Below are positions 11,001-23,700 of a stretch of 64,000 bases of DNA, piece by piece. Both the position numbers and the translations under genes were made by a program. Source of the stretch: Heterodontus francisci (taxonomy: Eukaryota); assembly GCF_036365525.1 (NCBI RefSeq), contig NC_090409.1:39256437-39320436 (forward strand), written 5' to 3'. The stretch's first letter is position 1. Every line of letters begins with the position of its first letter. The notes beneath the pieces were generated by a model. That model did no database searches. It saw nothing but the letters and a program-made list of their open reading frames with translations, and was not told the origin of the DNA.

Positions 11001-11347
11001 CCCCTTCAATACAGGAACCGGACTCTGGGTCGATCCGACTGAACCCCTTTAATACGGGAACCAGACTCTGGGTCGATCCGACTGAACCCCTTTAATACAG
11101 GAACCGGACTCTGGGTCGATCCGGCTGAACCCCTTTAATACGGGAACCGGACTCTGGGTCGATCCGGCTGAACCCCTTTAATACAGGAACCGGACTCTGA
11201 GTCGATCCGACTGAACCCCTTTAATACAGGAACCGGACTCTGGGTCGATCCGACTGAACCCCTTTAATACAGGAACCGGACTCTGGGTCGATCCGACTGA
11301 ACCCCTTTAATACAGGAACCGGACTCTGGGTCGATCCGGCTGAACCG
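8072..11347. repeat. 43-bp tandem satellite, about 76 units, two sequence subdomains
   Basis: Unit TAATACAGGAACCAGACTCTGGGTTAATCTGACCGAATCCCTT up to about 9740, then variant ...CCGGACTCTGGGTCGATCCGACTGAACCCCTT. Confidence 0.97.
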
Positions 11348-11864
11348 CTGTATTTCTGCGGGAGAATTATCATCCCTTCATTATTCTTGGTATGAACACC
11401 ATATCCCAGCCCCTCCAATGACCCTGTGGCTAAAGGACCATCTGGTGCCCTAAGGGAAAAGATCCCTCAGCCAGAGCAGCAGCTAATATTGATCTCAGTG
11501 CTCTGAGTGAGAGAGGGGAATGAGTGGCTGGTGTTCCTGTCCTGATCCCTGTCTGGAAACTCCTGCTGGACATCAGGATTAGGCTGAGATGCAATGTTAA
11601 ATAAGCTGCTGAATCTAAAGGAGTTGTTTAACAAGGCTCTGCTCCCAGCATCGAGCCTTCCTACACAGTGAATGTAGCAACAGAGAAAGGGCCACAACAC
11701 AGCAGGCCAAATGTTCCAACCCTCACCTAGGTGAGTCCTTCCTGGTTTATTTATCAATTTTTAGTATTTAACCAATACACAAAACAGATTATCTGGTCAC
11801 TTATCTCTCTGCTACTTGTGGGAACTTGCTGTGTGTAAATTGGTGAGAAAGACACTGCATAAAT

Positions 11865-12165
11865 GGGAGAAACTGAAACTGGAATTTATCTTTCGGAGAT
11901 ACATTGAACTGTTGGTTGGGGCTCTCTCCTCATGTTGCTCTGATTTGGAACATGTTTGACTGTCCCTGTGACCTCAAGACACACGGCTTTTAATGGAATC
12001 CATACTTCAGGATAAACTAGATCTTCCTCATTGTTGTGAGTGAGTTTACTTCAGTACCCAGGACACATTGATCACTCCATTTAGTTGCTGTTGGCCTTCT
12101 TTCAGTATCTGAGACACATTGAATGTCCTCAAGGCTTTGGCTTTTTCACCTCTATTATAATCCCC
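11865..12165. repeat. Remnant of the duplicated downstream flank belonging to copy B
   Basis: Inverted copy of about 7135-7435 and direct copy of about 49095-49390. Confidence 0.85.
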
Positions 12166-12424
12166 ACTTGTTACCTCTACCCCGGTGAGCAGAGGTGAGA
12201 ATTCCAGTCTCTGAATACTGGGTTCACATCCAGCAGGGAACTGGTACCCGATGGGAGCGGAGAGTCAACCCACCACCCATTGTATCTACCCAGACCCTCC
12301 TGGTAGGGCGTTGTTAGTCAGGATAAGGACCTGTCCATATAAAGAAAGAGTCTTCCTTATGGAGCACAATCTACTGGGTGTAAAAGCAGTGGAAGGAATC
12401 AGCTGCCTCATTTTAAAATGATAT

Positions 12425-15400
12425 ATTAATTCCTGAGATGTGGGTGTCACTGACAAGGCTGGTATTTATTGTCCATCCAGAGATGCCCCTTGTGAAGGTG
12501 GTGCTGGGTCTTCTTCAACCGTTTCAGTCCCGTGTGGTGAAGGTGCTCCCGCAGTGCCGTTAGGGAGGGAGATCCAGGATTTTGACCCAGTGACGATGAA
12601 GGAACGGCCGATATATCTCCAAGTTGGGACGGTGTGTGTGTGTGACTCGGATGGGAACATGGATGCGAGAAGTATCACAGGTAAGGCAGATGAACTTAGA
12701 GCTTGGATTAGTACTTGGAAATATGATGTTGTTGCTATTACAGAGACTTGGTTGAGGGAAGGGCAGGATTGGCAGCTAAATGTTCCAGCCTTTAGAAGCT
12801 TCAGGCGCGATAGAGGGGGATGTTAAAGGGGTTGGGGAGTTGCATTACTGGTTAACTAGAATATCACAGCTGTACTGCGGGAGGACACCTCGGAGGGGTC
12901 ATGTAGCGAGTCAATATGGGTAGAGCTCAGGAATAGGAAGCGTGCAGTGACGATGTTGGGGGTTTACTACAGGCCTCCCAACAGCCAGCGGGAGGTAGAG
13001 GAGAAGATATGTAGACAGATTTTGGAAAGATGTAAAGGTAACAGGGTTGTGGTGGTGGGTGATTTTAACTTCCCCTATATTGACTGGGGCTCACTTAGTG
13101 CTAGGGGCTTGGATGGGGCAGAATTTGTGAGGAGCATCCAGGAGGGCTTCTTGAAACAATATGTAGATAGTCCAACCAGGGATGGGGCCATTCTGGACCT
13201 GGTATTGGGGAATGAGCCCGGCCAGGTGGTTTAAGTTTTAGTGGGGGAGCATTTCGGGAGCAGTGACCATAATTCCATAAGTTTTAAGGTACTTGTGGAT
13301 AAGGATAAGAGTAGTCCTCGGGTGCAGGTGCTAAATTGGGGGAAGGCTAATTATTACAATATTAGGCAGGAACTGAAGAATTTAGATTGGGGGCGGCTGT
13401 TTGAGGGTAAATCAACATCTGACATGTGGGAGTCTTTCAAATGTCAGCTGATTAGAATCCAGGACCAGAATGTTCCTGTGAGGAAGACAGACAAGTTTGG
13501 CAAGTTTCGGGAAGCTTGGATAACACGGGATATTGTCAGCCTAGTCAAAAAGAAAAAGGAAGCATTTGTAAGGGCTGGAAGGCTAGGAACAGACGAAGCA
13601 CTTGAGGAATATAAAGACAGTAGGAAGGAACTTAAGCAAGGAGTTAGGAGGGCTAAAAGGGGTCATGAAAAGTCATTGGCAAACAGGATTAAGGAGAATC
13701 CCAAGGCTTTTTATACATATATAAAGAGCAGGAGGGTAACCAGGGAAAGGGTTGGCCCACTCAAGGACAGAGATGGGAATCTATGTGTGGAGCCAGAAGA
13801 AATGGGTGAGGTGCTAAATAAGTACTTTGCATCAGTATTCACCAAAGAGAAGGACTTGGTGGATGATGAGCCTAGGGAAGGGAGTGCAGACAGTCTCAGT
13901 CATCTCATTATCAAAAAGGAGGAGGTTTTGGGTGTCTTGCAAAGCATTAAGGTGGATAAGTCCCCTGGAACAACGCGAGAATATGAGGGAGGCAAGGGAA
14001 GAAATTGCTGGGGCCTTGACAGAAATCTTTGCATCCTCATTGGCTACAGGTGAGGTCCCAGAGGACTGGAGAATAGTCAATGTTGTTCCTTTGTTTAAGA
14101 AGGGTGGCAAGGATAATCCAGGAAATTATAGGCCGGTGAGCCTTACGTCAGTGGTAGGGGAACTATTGGAGAGGATTATTCGGGACAGGATTTACTCCCA
14201 TTTGGAAACAAACAAACTTATTAGCGAGAGGCAGCATGGTTTTGTGAAGGGGAGGTCGTGTCTTACTAATTTGATTGAGTTTTTTGAGGAAGTGACGAAG
14301 ATGATTGATGAGGGAAGGGCGGTGGATGTTGTCTATATGGACTTTAGTAAAGCCTTTGACAAGGTCCCACATGGCAGACTGGTACAAAAGGTGAAGTCAC
14401 GCGGGATCAGAGGTGAGCTGGCAAGATGGATACAGAACTGGCTCGGTCATAGAAGACAGAGGGTATCAGTGGATGGGTGTTTTTCTGAATGGAGGGATGT
14501 GACTAGTGGTGTTCCGCAGGGATCAGTGCTGGGACCTTTGCTGTTTGTAGTATATATAAATGATTTGGAGTAAAATGTAGCTGGTCTGATTAGTAAGTTT
14601 GCGGACGACACAAAGGTTGGTGGAGTTGCCGATAACGATGAGGATTGTCAGAGGATACAGCAGGATATAGATCGGTTGGAGACTTGGGCAGAGAAATGGC
14701 AGATGGAGTTTAATCCGGACAAATGTGAAGTAATGCATTTTGGAAGGACTAATGCAGGTGGGAGGTATACAATAAATGGCAGAACCCTTAGGAGTATTGA
14801 CAGACAGAGAGATCTGGGCGTACATGTCCACAGGTCACTGAAAGTGGCAACGCAGGTGGGTAAGGTAGTCAAGAAGGCATACGGCATGCTTGCCTTCATC
14901 TGTTGGGGCATAGAGTATAAAAATTGGCAAGTCATGCTGCAGCTGTACAGAACCTTAGTTAGCTCACACTTAGAATATTGCGTGCAATTCTGGTCGCCAC
15001 ACTACCAGAAGGACGTGGAGGCTTTGGAGAGGGTACAGAGGAGGTTTACCAGGATGTTGCCTGGTCTGGAGGGCATTAGCTATGAGGAGAGGTTGGGAAA
15101 ACTCAGATTGTTTTCACTGGAACGACGGGGGTGGAGGGGCGACATGATAGAGGTTTACAAAGTTATGAGCGGCATGGACAGAGTGGATAGTCAGAAGCTT
15201 TTCCCAGGGTGGAAGAGTCAGTTACGAGGGGACATAGGTTGAAGGTGCGAGGGGCAAAGTTTAGAGGGGATGTGTGAGGCAAGTTTTTTTTTTTACACAG
15301 AGGGTGGCGAGTGCCTGAAACTTGCTGCCAGGGGAGGTGGTGGAAGCAGATACGATAGCGACGTTTAAGAGACATCTTGACAAATACATGAATAGGAAGG

Positions 15401-15600
15401 GAATAGAGGGATACGGACCCCGGAAGTGCAGAAAGTGTTAGTTTAGGCAGGCATCAAGATCGGCGCAGGCTTGGAGGGCCGAATGGCCTGTTCCTGTGCT
15501 GTACTGTTCTTTGTTCTTTGTGTTCCCATGCTCCTGCTGCCCTTGTCCTTCTAGGGGAGGCGGGAGGTTGTGGGTTTGTGAGGTTTTGTTGAAGAATGTG
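12425..15600 (-). mobile_element. Decayed family-2 LINE 3' fragment, split by a CR1 insertion
   Basis: Segments 12425-12661 and 15522-15600 are adjacent parts of the reverse complement of the 17150-17460 tail. Confidence 0.65.
12662..15521 (+). mobile_element. CR1 (HER1-like) LINE, ORF2 endonuclease plus RT, disrupted
   Basis: APE motifs (ITETW, YRPP, GDFN, SDH) and RT motifs (NYRPVSL, DFSKAFD, QGSVLGP, FADD) with stops and frameshifts; 3' tail ggccgaatggcc...tgttctttgttctttg. Confidence 0.95.
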
Positions 15601-16089
15601 GGACTGGGAACAGAAGAGAAAGAAGACTTGTTATCCTCCTTGTCCTGTCACCCTCCTCTAGGAAACCTCAATTTCAGACACCTTCTACTAGCCTGTTTTC
15701 CTCATCAGCTACTACCTGATGCCTCCCCCAGAATTCCCCCTGTCCAGGGGCACCTGAACCAATCGAAAAATGGCAAACAGTGGAAGTGAGGAGGGTTCCG
15801 GCTGGCCAGAGGGATTTGATACATCACTGGCACCACACATCACAGGGCACCTGGTGACTGCAGAATGGTCTGGAGTCACTGGCCTCAGGAAAAGCTGTCA
15901 CTCAAAAAAATTTGTTTGTTTAATGTTTATTGGGAAATTTAAAGTATGTATAATCACAAAATTGTTTTAAAATGGGATTTGGGGAATTGTTTCCCGAGGA
16001 TGAGGTGTTGAAGAACAAGTCTGGATCCCTGGGATATTTTTTAGCTGCTGTTGTATCTTGATGTGTGAACAGTATTCCAGTGTTCCTGT

Positions 16090-17479
16090 ATCCAACCCGG
16101 CCAACTACCGCCCCAATAGCCTACTCTCAATAATCAGTAAAGTGATGGAAGGTGTCATCACCAGTGCCATCAAGCGGCACTTGCTTAGCAACAACCTGCT
16201 CAGTGATGCTCAGTTTGGGTTCTGCCAGGGCCACTCAGCTCCTGACCTCATTACAGCCTTGGTTCAAACATGGACAAAAGAGCTGAACTCAAGAGGTGAG
16301 GTGAGAATGACTGCCCTTGATATCAAGGCAGCATTTGACCGAGTATGGCATCAAGGAGCCCAAACAAAACTGAGGTCAATGGGAATCAGGGGGAAAACCC
16401 TCTGCTGGCTGGAGTCATACCTAGCGCAAAGGAAGATGGTTGTGGTTGTTGGAGGTCAATCATTTGAGCTCCAGGACATCACTGCAGGAGTTCCTCAGGA
16501 TAGTGTCCTAGGCCCAACCATCTTCAGCTGCTTCATCAATGACCTTCCTTCAATCATAAGGTCAGAAGTGGGGATGTTCGCTGATGATTGCACAATGTTC
16601 AACACCATTCATGACTCCTCAGATACTGAAGCAGTCCGTGTAGAAATGCAGCAAGACCTGGACAATATCCAGGCTTGGGCTGTTAAGTGGCAAGTAACAT
16701 TCGCGCCACACAAGTGTCAGGCAATGACCATCTCCAACAAGAGAGAATCTAACCATCTCCCCTTGACATTCAACGGCATGACCATCGCTGAATCCCCCAC
16801 TTTCAACATCCTAGGGGCTACCATTGACCAGAAACTGAACTGGAGTAGCCATATAAATACCGTGGCTACAAGAGCAGGTCAGAAGCTAGGAATCCTGAGG
16901 CGAGTAACTCACCTCCTGACTCCCCAAAGCCTGTCCACCATCTACAAGGCACAAGTCAGGAGTGTGATGGAATACTCTCCACTTGCCTGGATGGGTGCAG
17001 CTCCAACAACACTCAAGAAGCTCGACACCATCCAGGACAAAGCAGCCCGCTTGACTGTCACCTCATGTACAAACATTCACTCCCTCCACCACCGACGCAC
17101 AGTGGCAGCAGTGTGTACCATCTACAAGATGCACTGCAGCAACGCACCAAAGCTCCTTAGACAGCACCTTCCAAACACGCAACCTCTACCAACTAGAAGG
17201 ACAAGGGCAGCAAATACATGGGAACACCACCACCTGCGAGTTCCCCTCCAAGTCACACACCATCCTGACTTGGAACTATATCGCCATTCCTTCACTGTCG
17301 CTGGGTCAAAATCCTGGAACTCCCTTCCCAACAGCACTGTGAGTGTACCTACCCCACATGGACTGCAGCGGTTCAAGAAGGCAGCTCACCACCACCTTCT
17401 CAAGGGCAATTAGGGATGGGCAATAAATGCTGGCCTGGTCAGTGATGCCCACATCCCACGAACAAATCTAAAAAAAAAA
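16090..17479 (+). mobile_element. 5'-truncated CR1/L2-group LINE ('family 2') with an open RT frame and poly(A) tail
   Basis: 451-aa ORF 16058-17413 (DIKAAFDRVWH, FADD); 3' UTR gggcaataaatgctggcc...cccacatccc followed by an A tract at 17469-17479. Confidence 0.92.
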
Positions 17480-17654
17480 TAACCACAATACTGGGCTGAT
17501 TTTCCCCTCCCTGACCCAGGCTCAGTGCAGTGTAAACTCAGTTAGTGCTGGACAGCCCCGTTCCCCAGAAGGTTTTGTTCTCCAGCTGCTCCATTCTGAT
17601 GCTCAGGTGCTGTTGTCACAAGGTCCCGGGTTTCACCTGAACAAGTCACCCCTG

Positions 17655-17715
17655 TCAAAGGACATCATTCGATGCTGCATTTTGATTGATGCTGTATCGA
17701 TTTTGAACACAATTC
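17655..17715 (-). CDS. Copy B cytoplasmic tail exon, short because of a frameshift
   Basis: (W)[19 protein letters not shown]; one C missing relative to A and C (gtcctttga vs gtccctttga). Confidence 0.7.
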
Positions 17716-20700
17716 CTGGGAGAGAAAAAAACAGCAGAGTTCAGGTTACATTAAAAGAATCCAACACTTTGTACAAGTGTGTAAAGGAGCTGTTCAGGAA
17801 CACAGACCGATTAAATTACACTCAACATCCTGGGCACCAATGGCAGCTGGAAAATGGGTCACAGGAGCTGCACAGTGATGGAGCACAGAGTGTAGAGGAG
17901 AGGAGGCTTATAGAGGAGGCAATGGGCAAGAGCTGGACACTCCACAGGACCTGTGCTGACCGAGGCACCAGACCAATAGAAAAATGACAGCTCACCTCAA
18001 CATTGGAGATTAAGAAGAATTGATGAGGATCTCGGTTAACACTGAGCTGAAGATGATGGGGATCAGATCAGACAGGAGGAGGCTGGGAATGTCCGTACTC
18101 TCCAGACTGATCCTGAATTATAGAGAGGAGTCACAGATGGACAGGATATTCCCTGATGTTAAGTTCAGTTCAGTTCAGTGATACAGCACTGAAACAGGCC
18201 CTTCGGCCCACCGAGTCTGTGCCGACCATCAACCACCCATTTATACTAATCCTACAGTAATTCCATATTCCTACCACATCCCCACCTGTCCCTATATTTC
18301 CCTACCGCCTACCTATACTCGGGGCAATTACTAATGGCCAATTTACCTATCAACCTGCAAGTCTTTGGCATGTGGGAGGAAACCGGAGCACCCGGAGGAA
18401 ACCCACGCAGACACAGGGAGAACATGCAAACTCCACACAGGCAGTACCCGGAATTAAACCAGGGTCGCTAGAGCTGTGAGGCTGCGGTGCTAACCACTGC
18501 GCCACTGTGCCGCCCCTGTGATCAAACCCGACCCAGCAGTGACCAAACAGGCTGACGGAGGCAGAAATATCGAAATGGGCGAGAGTCAGTGATCAGAGTT
18601 AGAGAGTCTGCAATAGTTCCCCCTCCCCACTGGCAGGTGGGTAAGAGGTGGGCAGGGAGATGTGGATGTTGAGGGAGACAGAGAAATGCAGCATATCCTT
18701 GTTAGTGATCAAAACCACAGATGGCCGGGTCACAGGGGGTGGTTTGAAAAATGTAACCACAAATAGAGATTGAACAACAACATGCATTTATATAGCTCCT
18801 TTATCATCCCAAGGTGCTTCACAGGAGCAATTATCAAACAGAATGTGTGCACTGAGATATTAGGGCTGGTGATGTAGGTTTTCAGGCGGGTCTGAAAGGA
18901 GGAGGGACAGAGAGGGACAGAGAGGTTTATTGATGGAATTCTAGAACCCAGGACTCAGGCAGCTAAAGGCACAGCCGCCAATGGTGGAGTGATGGAAATC
19001 AGGGGGGGTGCACAAGAGGCCAGAATTGGAGCAGCACAGAGATCAGGGAGGACATTAGAGATAGGGAGGGGTGAGGCAATGGAGGGATTTGAACAGGAGG
19101 ATGAATGTAGGTCAGTGAGAACAGGGGTGATAGGGGCACGGCTGCTCCCTATCCACCCTAAGTTGAAGGGTCAGTTACGAGGGGTCACAAGTTTAAGGTG
19201 AGGGGCAGGAGGTTTAAGGGGGATTTGAGGAAGAACTTTTTTTTACCCAGAGGGTGGTGACGGTCTGGAATGCTCTGCCTGGGAGGGTGGTAGACACATG
19301 TTGCCTCACATCCTTTAAAAAGTACCTGGATGAGCACGTCATAACATTCAAGGCTATGGGCCAAGTGCTGACAAATGGGATTAGGTAGACAGGTCAGGTG
19401 TTTTAATGCATCGGTACAGACTCGATGGGCCGAAGGGCCTCTTCTGCACTGTTTTATTCTGTGATTTAGTGATGGGTAAATGGGACTTGGTGTGAGTTAG
19501 GATACGGGGCAGCAGAATTTTAGATGAGCTCAAGTTTATGGAGAGTGTCAGGTGGAATTGGCCGGGGGAACATTGGAATAGTCGAGTCCAGAGATAACAA
19601 AGGCACGGATGAGGGTTTCATGAAATGCAACATTGAAACATCCCACACAGCACAAAGTGTATCAGTGTACACAACATTTCCACAACACCAAATATAATAA
19701 AACAAAACTAGAAATAACAATGGGAACTGCAGAACATTCCAGAACTCACCATCTTTGTTTCTTTCGAATAATGAAAAGGACAATTACAGCAATGAGAAGA
19801 AGAAGAATTGCGATGACCAATCCAACTACTGCTCCAGTAGAGAGTCCAGGATCTAGAGACAGAATGAAGCTGTTAACAGACTGGGACACACTAACAAAAC
19901 TAACAGAGAACTTCAGAATGTCACACAGATACAGTCACCGATACATGCTTTCCAAACGAGATAACTGGACACTGCCCAGCAGCCTCCCTTCAATTAAACC
20001 CAACATCCCGCTGAAATAGGAGCGGAAATTTTAAAATAATTTGCCGGTTGGGAAATCCACGGGATTGGGTGGAACGTGGTTTATACACAGATCAATATTA
20101 CTCCTCATTGACTTCATACTGAGGACTCCCGGGGTCACCCCCACCTGACTGTGTACGAGAGCTAAAAACACATGCAGTAGTTTAGAAACTGATTTACCTG
20201 GTACAGGTGTGTCCGGTACAGGTGTGTCCGGTACAGGTGTACGAGCTCGCTCTGAAGAAAACATCATGTGTTCAGTATTGTGTGTGAAACAAACTGCAGA
20301 AATATTCAAAGACTCTATCGGGCTGTAGGGAAACACATCCCGGGAGGAACGAGACTCGGGTCAAACTGATCAGGAAGGATCAGGAACAGGGTCGGCAGAG
20401 TGAAAAATCCAACAGGATTGCATTCACTTTGAGGGGGAGAATGGAAGTTTTCCCAGAGTTACCCCCAGCAGGATCATTCCCAGCAGACTACACCCACCTG
20501 TGGAGAGAATTCCCACAGGAACCTGGGCCGACTGGGATACACTTTCAAGGTAAGTGCACTGGGTCCTGTAAAGGCTGCCTGAGAGGTGCTATGGGCCCCA
20601 CCTCCTGCACCCCAACATCTGGAGACAGATGTAGCACGTTTCTGGAGAGTGAGAGCAGCTTGATAGCACCGTGGGTTTGCCTTTGCTGTGTCCTGATTCG

Positions 20701-23700
20701 ATGTCTGGGTCACAGCCAGTGGGCCGTTCAGTTTTATTCTTGTTTTTCTTTCTAGTAGTTTGATACAAACTGATTGAAGTGGCCGAGCAGGTCAGAGGGC
20801 AGTTAAAAGGCAACCAGGTTAATGTGGGACAGGAGTCACATATAGACCAGACCGGGTAAGGACGGCAGGTTTCCTTCCCTAGAGGGACATCAGTGAACCA
20901 GTTGGGTTTTACAACAATCCAACAGCTTCATGGTCACTTTTATTGGGACCAACTTTATATTTCCAGATTTATTTTAAACTGAATTTCAATTCTGAAAGTG
21001 CCATGGTGGGATTTGAACTCACGTTCTCTGGATTATTAGTCCAGGCCTCTGGATTACTAGTCTAGTAACATAACCACTGCACTACCGTACCCATAAAATC
21101 AGAGAGTAAATGCAGAATACCTGAAACAGAAACCTCTCACCTGTGACAGAGAGATGAACATCTTGATGAAAGACTGGAGTCTCCCTCTGTTGAATCTCAC
21201 ATCGATACTCATTCTGGTCTGACTGCCTGAGGTCAGAGATCATAATTGACCAGTTGCCTTGTTCCAGTTGATCTTTGAACAGGTTTGTTCTGTTTCTGAA
21301 CCGTGGGTCTTGTACTGTTAAATCATCGTTCCCATCGATAAATTTGTGTAAAACTCCATTCCTGAATATCCACCAAATTACCTGCAACTCAGAGACTGGG
21401 ACATTCCCTTTGTAGATACAGGGCAGCACAACCTGCTCCCCAAGGAACCCAGAAACTGGGACAGGCGAGTAACCTGGAAAAGATTGGAAGAATTTATCCA
21501 CAGATATAACCTCCCTGCTGGTACATTCCATCCCAAACTTCACATGGTTACACTGCGATGCTTGATTTACAAGAAGCACTGATCAGTAACTCACTGCTTT
21601 CATTTCTGTGGGAAGGTTAAAGGTCAGGCATTAAGGGCCTTCAACTAAAACCAGCTTGTGCTGGATATTTGTATCCACAGAGCAGCTGGACAGCACTTTG
21701 AATTGTGTGTTTCCCATTGTACACATGCTGGGAGAACACATCAGGATATTGGTCACCCTGCCCACCTCCCCCCTTTGGGAGAACAATGACAGACTGGGGG
21801 TGCACAATGTGAGGTGGAGCTCAGGAGCAGAAAACTGACCCTGAAATGTAAAGACAGGAACAGATGGGGGAGGGGGTACCCGAGGATGTGGAAAGGGCTT
21901 TGGACAGGTTGGGGGGACAATGACGGACGAGTACACTGTGTAGGGGGTGAGGCAGCACCTGATGGTCTGAAAGGGGCCGAGGCAATGTGGATCCTCACCT
22001 CCCTCCACCACGAACACAAGAAATGGGAGCAGGAGTCGGCCATTCAGCCCCTCAAGTCTGCCCTGCAGTTCATTAAGATTATGGCGGATCTGTCCCAGGC
22101 TTCAACTCCTCTTTCGGGCCTGCTCCGCATCACCCTCAGCTCCAAGATTTCAAAAATCTCCTTATATATCTCTTGAAATAGTGACCCAGCCTCCACAACT
22201 CTGAGGTAGAGAATTCCAGACATTCATCACCCTGGGAGAGAAGAAATCCCTTCCCATCTCAGTTTTAAATGTGTGACCCCTTATTCTGTAACTATGTCCC
22301 CTCGTTCGAGATTCCCCCACCAGCAGGAACATATTCTCAACATCTACCCTGTCAAGCCCCCTTAGAATCTTATATGTTTCTATAAGATCACCTCTCATTC
22401 ATCTAAACTTCCATGAATAAAGGCCTAACCTGTTTAGCCGTTCTTGATAAAACTACCCCGTCATTAAAGGAATCAGCCTCGTAAATCTTTTCTGAACTGC
22501 CCCCAATGCTAGTTATATCCTTCCTTAAATACAGGGACCAAAACTATTAACAGTACTCCAGGTGCGGCCTCACCAACACCCTGTACATTTGTAACAAGAC
22601 TTCCCTATTTTTAAACTCTATCCCCCAAGCAATAAAGACCAAAATTCCATCTGCCTTCCTAATTATTTGCTGCACCTACATCCTAACCTTTTGTGTTTCA
22701 TGTACAAGAACACCCAGATCCCTCTGTACTGCAGTATTTTGTAGTCTTTCTCCATCTAAATAATAATCTGCCTTTTTATTCTTCCTGCCAAAGTGGATGA
22801 CCTTTCACTTTCCCACATTGAACTCCATCTGCCAAGTTTTGCCCACTCACTTAACCTATCTATATCCCTTTGCAGATTCTGTGTCCTCATCACAACATGC
22901 CTTTCCACCTATTTTTGCATCGTCAGCAAATTTGGACACACTACACTCTGTCCCTTCCTCCAAGTCATTGATATAGATAGTAAATAGTTGAGGCCCTCGG
23001 ACCGATCCTTGTGGAACCCCACTAGTTACAACTTTCCAATCTGAAAAAGACTCATCAACCCTAACTCTGTGCCTTCTGTGTGTTAGCCAATCCTCAATCC
23101 ATGCCAACACATTACCCCAATACCCTGAGCTTGTATTTTGTGCAATAACCTTTTATGTGGCACCTTATTGAACACATTCTGAAAATCCAAATACACAACA
23201 TCTACAGGTTCCTCTTTATCCACTCTGCTTGTTATATCCTCAAAGAACTCGAACAAATTTGTCAAACATGATTTCCCTTTCATAAAACCATGTTGACTCT
23301 GTTTGATTGCATTATATTTTTTCTAAATGTCCTGCTGTTTCTTCCTTCATAATGGATTCTAGTATTTTCCCAATGACAGATGTTAAGCTAACTGGTCTAT
23401 AATTTCCTGCTTTCTGTCTCCCTCCTTTCTTGAATAGGGGGGGTCACATTAGCGGTTTTCCAATCTGCTGGTACCCGACTGGAATCCAGTGAGTTTTGGT
23501 ATATTATGATCAATGCCTCCACTATCTCTGCAGCCACTTCCTTTAAAACCCTTGGATGCAGGCCATCAGGTCCTGGCGACTTGTCTGCCTTTTGTCCCAA
23601 GAGTTTGTCCAGCAGCTTTATCGGCTTAAAAGTCTGCCACTGCTCATCAACTGACTTTACTTTTCGTCTATTTTCCCAGCCCGAACCTGTCAGACCTTGC

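Noticed and set aside
8072-11347. CRISPR-like appearance of the 43-bp array
   Set aside because: Units are head-to-tail with no unique spacers, there are no cas genes, and the context is vertebrate.
17680-17700. Tyr in the copy B tail (NRYSIN) as an ITIM or ITSM
   Set aside because: Does not fit [VILS]xYxx[LV] or TxYxx[VI], and is not conserved in A or C.
18440-18516. tRNA gene
   Set aside because: It is the tRNA-derived head of a V-SINE, continuous with the SINE core and LINE-type tail.
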